Shown: in pieces, positions 9,181 through 16,969 of the stretch | Position numbering within the stretch: position 1 is the first letter of the stretch | Layout: every line of letters begins with the position of its first letter | Assembly (NCBI GenBank): GCA_964590575.1 | Contig: CAZPWM010000023.1 | Location: forward strand, 1 to 39,680 | DNA length: 39,680 nt | DNA from: an uncultured archaeon | Lineage (GTDB): Archaea > Asgardarchaeota > Thorarchaeia > Thorarchaeales > Thorarchaeaceae | Direction of reading: 5' to 3' | Translations under genes and position numbers: made by a program | The notes under the pieces: model-generated | The model's input: the letters and a program-made list of their open reading frames with translations, nothing else | What the model was told of the DNA's origin: nothing | The model's database searches: none

Positions 9181-10458
9181 ATGGCAAACACAATAGGTAA
9201 CGGCTATGGCTTTGCTACATGGACTAATTTTATTGAAGAATCTCAGATACGGTCTCTTCTGAAGTATCAAGTCAAGTACTACTTTGCTGGTGGAAAACCT
9301 GGTATCATCCCTACTGATATCTTCGCAGATATCATGGCAGACCTCAGTGTCAAATACAAGGAAGATCCTAAGCTAGCTCTTGAAGATTTCAACTATGGTC
9401 CAACAGGGGGTCAACCCTGGTTCTTGAAGACTTTGGCAAAACGCCTTCATGATGTCCGAGAAATCCCAATCGATTGCGAAAATGACTGGGATTGCGTTTC
9501 CATCACAAATGGATCACAACAGGCACTCTATGCATTGCTTGATACCTTGATTGATCCTGGTGATGTAATAATCACACCTTCACCTGCGTACCTAGGATTT
9601 CTTGTTCCCGCTGTGAAACTTGGCGCGCGTGTGATTACAATTCCAACAGATCTTGACGGAATCATTCCGGATGAGGTTGAGAGTGCTGTAGAGATTTCTA
9701 AGAAGAAGTTTGGCAAGGTTCCAGACATGATCTATGTAGTACCCGATTCAGACAATCCGAAAGGTACAACACTTCCAATGAAGCGACGTCAGGCACTTTT
9801 CGATATTGCTGAGGCTGATGACATCCTTCTTCTTGAAGATTCAGCCTATGCAGAGATTCAGTTCAAGAAGAATCCGAAAGCCATCAAGACGCTTGATAAG
9901 GAAAACAATAGGGTGGCATATCTTGGTACAAGTAGCAAGGAGGCAGCAGTACTCCGAGTTGGATATTCTGTACTTCCACCAACTGTGAAAGAACAAGTTC
10001 TCAAAGATAAGGGGTATCTTGATCTTTGTACTGCAACCTTGGTTCAACGGATTCTTGATGAGTATTATCGCAAGTATATCGATGAGGCAATGCGTGTTGG
10101 AATTCCACAATATGAGGTACGCTGCAAGGCTATGGCAAAGGCGATTGATGACTCATTTCCTGCAGGCGTTCGGACTGACCCCACTGGAGGTTTCTTCATC
10201 TGGTGGCAGAGTGAAGACAAAAAGTTCGACGCTGGCAAGTTCATGGAACGCATAGCAATTCCAAATGAAGTACTCTACGTTCCAGGGACTGCGTTCTATC
10301 CAATAACTGGACACAGACTAACCAAGGATAAGAAAGGTCTCAGAGAGAGTCTTCCAGAGCACAATACAATGCGACTTGGATTCTCCTATGTTCCTCCTGA
10401 AATCATCTCAGAAGGAATTGAACGCCTAGGGAAACTTCTGACAAAGGAACTTGGATAG
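9181..10458 (+). CDS. PLP-dependent aminotransferase class I/II (LysN/ARO8-like)
   Basis: ITNGSQQAL, DNPKG, LEDSAY, Schiff-base Lys in GTSSK..LRVGY, PTGGFF, MRLGFS. Confidence 0.92.
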   Translation: MANTIGNGYGFATWTNFIEESQIRSLLKYQVKYYFAGGKPGIIPTDIFADIMADLSVKYKEDPKLALEDFNYGPTGGQPWFLKTLAKRLHDVREIPIDCENDWDCVSITNGSQQALYALLDTLIDPGDVIITPSPAYLGFLVPAVKLGARVITIPTDLDGIIPDEVESAVEISKKKFGKVPDMIYVVPDSDNPKGTTLPMKRRQALFDIAEADDILLLEDSAYAEIQFKKNPKAIKTLDKENNRVAYLGTSSKEAAVLRVGYSVLPPTVKEQVLKDKGYLDLCTATLVQRILDEYYRKYIDEAMRVGIPQYEVRCKAMAKAIDDSFPAGVRTDPTGGFFIWWQSEDKKFDAGKFMERIAIPNEVLYVPGTAFYPITGHRLTKDKKGLRESLPEHNTMRLGFSYVPPEIISEGIERLGKLLTKELG

Positions 10459-10460
10459 AC

Positions 10461-12176
10461 TCAGATTGAGAAGTTTGCGAACACCGTAGCACCATTCTTC
10501 ATCGGACCGACGTATGCTCTCTCATAGGCTCCAAACAGGTCTGAGAAACCAGAGTTTATTGCCCACTCTATCCAAGCCCATGAAGATTCTTGACCAAGTT
10601 TGTTCTCTGCATATTGACCAAAAGCCCATGACAAATATCGTTCTACGTCTAGTTTCTGGAGTTGGAGTGTTTCAGTAGCCTTTCCTGAAGATTCCCCGAT
10701 TTTACTGCTGAGCTTTTCAAGACTGCCATTCAACGATTTGTGAGTTTCAAGAATCAGCTTTTTCAACTCAACAAGTTGGTCGTTCATTGCATCAAACTCA
10801 TTCTTTCTTCTAGCCTTCGCAATCGTACCCATTATACTGAACATTTCCTTTCGTTGAAGGACCTCAAAGTTCTGCTCTTCTAGACTCTTTGCTAGTTGTT
10901 CATTCCAAGGTGTGTTGAAGTAAACTCTAGGATATTTGATAAATTGTGGGAATGGTATCTCAATTGCTCTCGCGGATGGAATAACCTGAGCATAATATGC
11001 TGTTTCACCAGGACCTCCAATATGCGCCACAGTAGGAATTAAGGTGTCAATCAACGCCTGCCTAGAATCTACACGTGGTGATATTTGGTGAGCAATCTCA
11101 CCGAGATACGGACTGTCAGCAGAAGTTTCGATCTCGATAGATTCTAAACAAGATGGACACCTACCAGTCAAGAGAACTGTAGTTCCCAGGTCCTCATAGT
11201 GAAGTTCTGTTCGGCTCTTGTTGCATTTAGGATTAGTACATTCATAGAAGAAAGGCACATAATCCGGGCCTCTGAGCCCGATTCCAGGGTCATAACCCTT
11301 AGCAAGAATCAAATTCGTCATTTCATCGAAAGTCTTGAGGAACCGTTCTCTGTTTTTTCGTGCAAGTAGAAACTCCATGCCTTCTACGAGAAGCTCGCGG
11401 ATTTTTCTCTCCGATGCTGTCAATAGAGGAATGCCAAGATTGCCTATAACATTGAACAGATACCCCATAATCCTTTGTGCCCACTCTCCGAGGGATTCAG
11501 AATTGAAGAAAGAATGTCTGATTATAGTGAGTGACTGCTCAAGCCGCTCTTCGAATAACAAGCGTGCATGTCGTTCTAAATTCTTAAGCATTGGATGGTA
11601 GCTACTTCTGATATCAGCCTCTACCTGACTAAGCCAATCGCCATCTGGGAGGGGTAGTACACTTACTGGTGAATTTTCAAAACCCTGTGGAACTGGGAGG
11701 CTGATTAGATTGCCACCTTGACCCATTATTGGTGTTCGGATGTTTGTCAGCTCTGATTGTACAGTATCATAGTCTGCTACATAAAAGAAGGGTGTGAGAG
11801 GCACACCGTTCTCAGTAGCAAGGGACGCCACTTGTTTGGCAGTTATTGCCTTGTTTAGGATATATGCAGGACCACCCAGCACGACAGTCTGGTGAGCGGA
11901 TTCCACAGCTCCATGCTCGAGGTTGTCTATACTATCCCTGACCTTAGGTGTCAAGCAACCAAGTTTCTTGTTGGTTTCAGTAAGAACATCCTTGAGAATG
12001 TTTGTTCTCTCAGATATGTGCCACAACGTATCTTTGTACGATTTGAGAAGACTAGGAACTCTGCTAGCAAGTGTATCGAGAGTTAGTGGTGGTATACCAT
12101 ATAGCTTCTCAGCTAGGTCTGTATTCTGTCCATTCCAGATGAAATCTTCATAAATTTCGTAAACACTGGGTTTCAA
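10461..12176 (-). CDS. bshC: bacillithiol biosynthesis cysteine-adding enzyme BshC homolog
   Basis: GGPAYILNKAITA (cf. GGPLY..K), PFFYVADYD, ISPRV, HIGGPGETAYYAQ (cf. GGPGE.AY.AQ), YPR, helical C-terminal region; directly downstream of bshA. Confidence 0.85.
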   Translation of the reverse strand: MKPSVYEIYEDFIWNGQNTDLAEKLYGIPPLTLDTLASRVPSLLKSYKDTLWHISERTNILKDVLTETNKKLGCLTPKVRDSIDNLEHGAVESAHQTVVLGGPAYILNKAITAKQVASLATENGVPLTPFFYVADYDTVQSELTNIRTPIMGQGGNLISLPVPQGFENSPVSVLPLPDGDWLSQVEADIRSSYHPMLKNLERHARLLFEERLEQSLTIIRHSFFNSESLGEWAQRIMGYLFNVIGNLGIPLLTASERKIRELLVEGMEFLLARKNRERFLKTFDEMTNLILAKGYDPGIGLRGPDYVPFFYECTNPKCNKSRTELHYEDLGTTVLLTGRCPSCLESIEIETSADSPYLGEIAHQISPRVDSRQALIDTLIPTVAHIGGPGETAYYAQVIPSARAIEIPFPQFIKYPRVYFNTPWNEQLAKSLEEQNFEVLQRKEMFSIMGTIAKARRKNEFDAMNDQLVELKKLILETHKSLNGSLEKLSSKIGESSGKATETLQLQKLDVERYLSWAFGQYAENKLGQESSWAWIEWAINSGFSDLFGAYERAYVGPMKNGATVFANFSI

Positions 12177-12193
12177 GCCGAGTCACAATCCTC

Positions 12194-13357
12194 CTACTTG
12201 GATACTACATCTTCGAATACTTTCTCGTACATTTTTACAATACGCTCTGCAGAGAACGATTCTTCTACTCTCTTTCTCCCAGCTAGTCCTAGTTTCTTGC
12301 GTTTTGTATCATTCTCAAGCATCTCAATGACAACCTGTGCATACTCCTCTGACTCGAATCCATTGGTGACCATCCCATCCTTCCCTGGACGCACCAGCTC
12401 TGGAATACCTCCCGCTGGTGTGGTCACAACAGGAAGACCGCATGACATTGCTTCGAGTAGTACCAAAGGCATACCTTCCAAAGTGGAATTCATCAGGAAT
12501 AAGTCCACTGAACACATAATCTCCTGCATGTTGCTTTTTACGCCGAGTAGATGCACATTATTGCATAAGTCAAGAGCCTCAATCTTTCTCTCTACTTCAA
12601 TGCGAGTGGGACCATCGCCCGCAATGATCAGTCTGGTTTTTGGGTAGTGGTCGACCACGATTCTCATTATTTCAACGAGTTCAACTACACGCTTCACCTT
12701 GCGGAAATTAGATGCATGAAGGAGGATTCTCTCTTCAGGTTGTAACTCGACCACTTCCTCTGCCTTTCGAAGACCTACACAACCATTCTCAACATAAAGC
12801 CGCACACCATTGAGGTGCGAGAACTTAGATGTGTCTATAAAATTTGGAATAACGTGAATCTCCCGTTCAATCCCGAGTTCCTCATGAGCCTTCTTCATCA
12901 AGTACTCAGAGACAGCTGTGACTGCGTCTGCGTGTTCAACTGTGTATTGCACTACTGGTTTGTAAGCTGGGTCTTGTCCCAAAGTATGAACATCTGATCC
13001 GTGCAGGGTCACGACATAGGGTACGCCTATAATCTCTCTAGCCATGTATGCTGACATAGCATGAGGAATTGCATAGTGTGCATGTACAAGATCAAGTTTG
13101 GAATCCCTTGCGCACTTGATGATCTTAGACGTTAGAGCCATTGTGTATGGTGAACCTGTTTCTTTGAAGAGCGGATAATCAAAACTATCCACAAGGTCTA
13201 CATGAACTCCTTTCGTTTGCTCCCACATAAGAGAAAATGGTCTCTGATATGTGATGAAGTGGATAATGTGGTCTCTGCCTGCTAGCTCTTGACCTAGTCG
13301 TGTTGCTAGGTAGCCGCTACCACCCACTGTCGGATAAAGATTGACTCCAATCCTCAA
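12194..13357 (-). CDS. bshA: N-acetyl-alpha-D-glucosaminyl L-malate synthase (GT4)
   Basis: RIG..YPTVGGSG..AT.LG..LA, HFITY..PF, HAHYAIPHA, TLHGSD, HASNFRKVKR and E...LVLLEAM are BshA-specific. TTG start at 13357 (GTG at 13366 is an alternative). Confidence 0.92.
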   Translation of the reverse strand: MRIGVNLYPTVGGSGYLATRLGQELAGRDHIIHFITYQRPFSLMWEQTKGVHVDLVDSFDYPLFKETGSPYTMALTSKIIKCARDSKLDLVHAHYAIPHAMSAYMAREIIGVPYVVTLHGSDVHTLGQDPAYKPVVQYTVEHADAVTAVSEYLMKKAHEELGIEREIHVIPNFIDTSKFSHLNGVRLYVENGCVGLRKAEEVVELQPEERILLHASNFRKVKRVVELVEIMRIVVDHYPKTRLIIAGDGPTRIEVERKIEALDLCNNVHLLGVKSNMQEIMCSVDLFLMNSTLEGMPLVLLEAMSCGLPVVTTPAGGIPELVRPGKDGMVTNGFESEEYAQVVIEMLENDTKRKKLGLAGRKRVEESFSAERIVKMYEKVFEDVVSK

Positions 13358-13464
13358 GAAATACACCTTCTGTCCCCCTATGATGATTGCACCTTTAAGG
13401 CAAATGGTTTGGACAAGTGACGTGTTGCCAAACCTTGATTAGACTGCATTTGAAAGGTGATTCT

Positions 13465-14133
13465 ATGAGCGAATCGGATACAGGAACAATCCTCATGGTC
13501 GTAGCACATCCAGACGACGAGTCAATAGGTGCTGGAGGTACCATCAGGAAACACGTAGACCTAGGCGTGAAGGTTGACGTTCATTGTATGACTGGGAATG
13601 AAGAGCGAAATGAAGAGTTGAAAGCCGCCTGCGGACTCCTTGGAGTGAGAAGCCTGTACCTGAGCGAGCGTGACGATTTTTCTATTGGTGAAGAGCTCAC
13701 AAACGAGGTTATCGGAGCTATTTTGAAGTCTCGTCCTTCCATCATTATCACGCACCATTCTTCGGATTACAATCGCAACCACCAACAATGCGCAATGGTT
13801 GTGAACCAAGCTGTCGAATGGGCATCTCACACAACGGTCTTTGATGATGCACATAGGGTGGAACGCATCTACAATATGGAAATCAATACAATGATCTCCC
13901 GACCTAATGTTTATGTTGACATAACAGAGTCATATCCGGTCGCCCTAGCTGCTCTCAAGAAACATAAATCGCAGATCAAGAAAGCATGCTCTTTCTATGT
14001 GAATTTGTATGACGCTAGAACACAACTGCGTGGAGTTCAAGCAAATTGCAAAAGAGCAGAAGCCTTCTCAATCACTCTTACAGAACATGCTGGCCCCTTC
14101 TATGAAAGGAATAGTGTAGACAGTCTGATTTAA
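13465..14133 (+). CDS. bshB: PIG-L/LmbE family deacetylase, probable BshB
   Basis: AHPDDESIGAGG, VDIT...K..AL..HKSQ, RAEAF; divergent from bshA; ATG at 13465 follows AGGTGA. Confidence 0.8.
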   Translation: MSESDTGTILMVVAHPDDESIGAGGTIRKHVDLGVKVDVHCMTGNEERNEELKAACGLLGVRSLYLSERDDFSIGEELTNEVIGAILKSRPSIIITHHSSDYNRNHQQCAMVVNQAVEWASHTTVFDDAHRVERIYNMEINTMISRPNVYVDITESYPVALAALKKHKSQIKKACSFYVNLYDARTQLRGVQANCKRAEAFSITLTEHAGPFYERNSVDSLI

Positions 14134-14148
14134 TCGGAGAAATTATTC

Positions 14149-14550
14149 CTAGCCATCAGCTTTTCTTCTACGTGCTGCTAAGAGGGCTTTCAGTTCGCCC
14201 ATCATGCTCATACCGCCGCCCGGAGCTCCTCCTGCTGGCTTTGGAGTAGGGGCTCTTGCCATTGTCGGGATTGGTCCTCCGCCTACAGCTTGAGATGCCG
14301 CTGATGGTTCTCCTGCAGCTGCCGCGGGACCACGAGCTGCCATTGATGACATCCTGCTTTCCAAAGCATCTACTTTACTCTCTAAATCCATGACAGAAAT
14401 CTGAAGATGGGTTATAGCCTCGGTCAGTTTAGTAGTAATTATACTGATAACTTCACCGAGTTGCCGGATTTTCTCTTCGTTTGGATCTTTTAGAGCCCAT
14501 TCGAATTCTTCCATGATTTCTGCTTCAAGCTCTTTCTTCTCATCCGGCAT
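14149..14550 (-). CDS. hypothetical coiled-coil/Pro-Gly-Ala protein with C-terminal Ena/VASP FAB-like motif
   Basis: ATG at 14550 after a GGGGT RBS; heptads in LTEAITHLQISVMDLESKVDALESRMS; tail GGGMSMMGELKALLAARRRKADG. Confidence 0.8.
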   Translation of the reverse strand: MPDEKKELEAEIMEEFEWALKDPNEEKIRQLGEVISIITTKLTEAITHLQISVMDLESKVDALESRMSSMAARGPAAAAGEPSAASQAVGGGPIPTMARAPTPKPAGGAPGGGMSMMGELKALLAARRRKADG

Positions 14551-14628
14551 GATTTTTACCCCGTAGTTCAAAATGTGTTGATGCGTTTTCGCTATAAACA
14601 TTGTCTGCATAAGAACGATTGTCTAAAA

Positions 14629-16005
14629 TTAGGCTGAGGCTATTGTAACCCTCACTACCTCTTCAGTTGACCGGAGGATCTTCTTCACAATATCTTCTGT
14701 GGGGCCCTCACATGTTATTCTAATCACAGGCTCAGTCCCTGAAGGCCTGACAAGCACCCATCCTTGCGTCAGTGTGATTCCCAGGCCATCGATCGTCAGG
14801 ATTTCCTTCACATCACTCAAATTCTTTGGGAGGTCCTCAGTAAGTGCCTTCATTACACTCTGCTTCTTTTCATTTCCACACTCTATCTTAGCCTGGAGTA
14901 GTGGGTACTGTGGAATGGTCTTAATCAAATCTCCAAACGTCTTTCCGGTCGACGCCATCAGTTCAAGGACCTTGCAGGCTGCGAGAAACGGTTCAGGGGC
15001 GAGATGCATGTCAGGGAAGATAAACACTCCACAAGCTTCTCCTCCCATGATTCCTTTTGATTCGACGACTTTGATAGCTACCTGAATGTCTCCCACCGGC
15101 GTTCGCACGGTGTTACCACCAGCCTTCTTGACGGTTTCATCCAGAACAAGTGAACTATCAACAGTCGTAACCACTGTCTGACTCTTGGATGTTTCTAATG
15201 CTTGCTGTGCAAGATGGGCGTTCGTTCGGTCCCCTATAATTATGTCTCCCTGCTCATTTAAAAAAACGACCCTGTCCGCATCCCCATCGTGTGCAATTCC
15301 TAGATCCGCTCCAGTTTTCTTGATCATCTGTATGAGGTCTCCAAGAGAATCTTCATCAGGTTCAGAGCGCCGTCCAGGAAAGTGTCCATCTAATTGACCG
15401 TTTAAGGTCACGACTTGACAATTGAGCTGCTGCATCAAATATGGTGTGTGCACGCAGGCTGCGCCATTTCCAGGATCGACAATCACTCTGAATGATTTTG
15501 ATCTAATGGCTTCAGCATCGCATCTCTCAAGGAGCGCTTCGATATGTTCGTCAACAGCACTCTCAATCCGCGTTTCCTTCCCCAATGCATCCCAGCTAGC
15601 TACTTTGAAATTCTTGGAATTGTAAATCTCCTCCAGCTTTGTTTCTTCCCTGAGTGTAAATCCCATGCTATTCCGGGACCAAAACTTCACTCCTGTATAC
15701 TGAGGTGGATTGTGAGATGCTGTGACCATGAGCCCTGCATCGAAGCCATGCTTCATCGTGATGAATGCAAGGGTCGGAGTTGGAATAATACCTGCACGTA
15801 CTACATTGATCCCTGTTGACAGAACTCCTGCAGTCAAGGCATCTGCCACCATGAGTCCGGTGGTGCGAGCATCTCGCGCAATTATGACTGTTCCTTCACC
15901 CAGGTATGTCCCTAAAGACTTGCCAAGATTGAGCGCCATCTCTAGGTCAAATTCCTCACCATAGACCTTTCTTACGCCTGTTGTTCCAAAGAGTTTTCCA
16001 GTCAT
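14629..16005 (-). CDS. glmM: phosphoglucosamine mutase / phosphohexomutase
   Basis: LFGTTGVR, catalytic TASHNP, metal-binding DGDADR, GGE, VRPSGTEP. The exact sugar-phosphate specificity is uncertain. Confidence 0.85.
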   Translation of the reverse strand: MTGKLFGTTGVRKVYGEEFDLEMALNLGKSLGTYLGEGTVIIARDARTTGLMVADALTAGVLSTGINVVRAGIIPTPTLAFITMKHGFDAGLMVTASHNPPQYTGVKFWSRNSMGFTLREETKLEEIYNSKNFKVASWDALGKETRIESAVDEHIEALLERCDAEAIRSKSFRVIVDPGNGAACVHTPYLMQQLNCQVVTLNGQLDGHFPGRRSEPDEDSLGDLIQMIKKTGADLGIAHDGDADRVVFLNEQGDIIIGDRTNAHLAQQALETSKSQTVVTTVDSSLVLDETVKKAGGNTVRTPVGDIQVAIKVVESKGIMGGEACGVFIFPDMHLAPEPFLAACKVLELMASTGKTFGDLIKTIPQYPLLQAKIECGNEKKQSVMKALTEDLPKNLSDVKEILTIDGLGITLTQGWVLVRPSGTEPVIRITCEGPTEDIVKKILRSTEEVVRVTIASA

Positions 16006-16113
16006 GGGGGTCACTGTTTTACTCGCTGCAGATTCAGAGAAAAAGATACCTACTGATGAAAGTGATTTCGAGCAACAAACCTCTATATTGTGAGTTCCAG
16101 TATATTGAACATA

Positions 16114-16908
16114 ATGCTATTCTTTGAGCACGATGGGACCAAAATTCACTATGTCGATGTTGACCATAGAGAGGATAAAACTGCTGGAGTGCCTTTGATA
16201 TTCGTTCATGGAGCTGGCTCTTCACACCTTATATGGGCACTTCAACTACGGGAGTTCTCAAAGGATTATCGAACAATTGCCTTTGACCTCTCTGGACATG
16301 GGAAATCTGGAGACCTCAAGGGTGAACCGTCAATCGAGATGAACTATGCTGAGGAAGTCGTCGCGCTCGTTCATCATTTGAACCTCGACAGCTTCATTCT
16401 TGTGGGTCACTCTATGGGCGGTGGTGTGGTGATGTCCTACACTCTAAAAGAGAATGTGCTGAAACCCAAGGCACTTGTGCTTGTAGACACTTCCTGTAAT
16501 CTTGATCTCTCGAAGCTTAGAAGTGGTTTCCTCAAGGAATCTATCCAGGACCGGGTATACTTCTTTAAGAGTCGGTTGTTCGAGCATTACACAGAGACCT
16601 ACCAACTGAAGAAACTAGACGATGATATGAGACTGTCCAATCCTCTTGGCATGATGCGAGACCTTGCAGCATGTAGTAAATTCAACATCACAGACAGGTG
16701 CGGTGAGATTGATATCCCTGTTTTTGTGTTGGTAGGTTCCAATGATGATATCATCACGCCTTCGATGGCTGCAGAGTTTAAGATGAAATTTCCCCGTGCT
16801 GATATCGCAGTGGTGAAGGATGCTGACCATATCCCGATGGTGGAACAACCCGACGAGTTCAATCGTCTTTTTAGAAAATTTGTCGAGTGGGTCATTGAAA
16901 ACGCATGA
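16114..16908 (+). CDS. alpha/beta fold hydrolase
   Basis: FVHGAG, DLSGHG, nucleophile GHSMGG, GSNDD, ADHIP; ATG at 16114 is the likely start. Confidence 0.92.
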   Translation: MLFFEHDGTKIHYVDVDHREDKTAGVPLIFVHGAGSSHLIWALQLREFSKDYRTIAFDLSGHGKSGDLKGEPSIEMNYAEEVVALVHHLNLDSFILVGHSMGGGVVMSYTLKENVLKPKALVLVDTSCNLDLSKLRSGFLKESIQDRVYFFKSRLFEHYTETYQLKKLDDDMRLSNPLGMMRDLAACSKFNITDRCGEIDIPVFVLVGSNDDIITPSMAAEFKMKFPRADIAVVKDADHIPMVEQPDEFNRLFRKFVEWVIENA

Positions 16909-16969
16909 ATCTCTTATGCGCAGACAAAAACCCTGATAGAATGCAATGAGGAGCATTGACAATCTTTCT

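Noticed and set aside
8991-9200. 69-aa ORF as a leader peptide
   Set aside because: No RBS, no biased amino-acid run, and it overlaps the aminotransferase start; probably spurious.
12194-14133. Mycothiol (MshA/MshB) pathway or generic LPS/S-layer glycosylation
   Set aside because: The GT4 has BshA-specific motifs, and the neighbour is BshC-like rather than the CysRS-like MshC.
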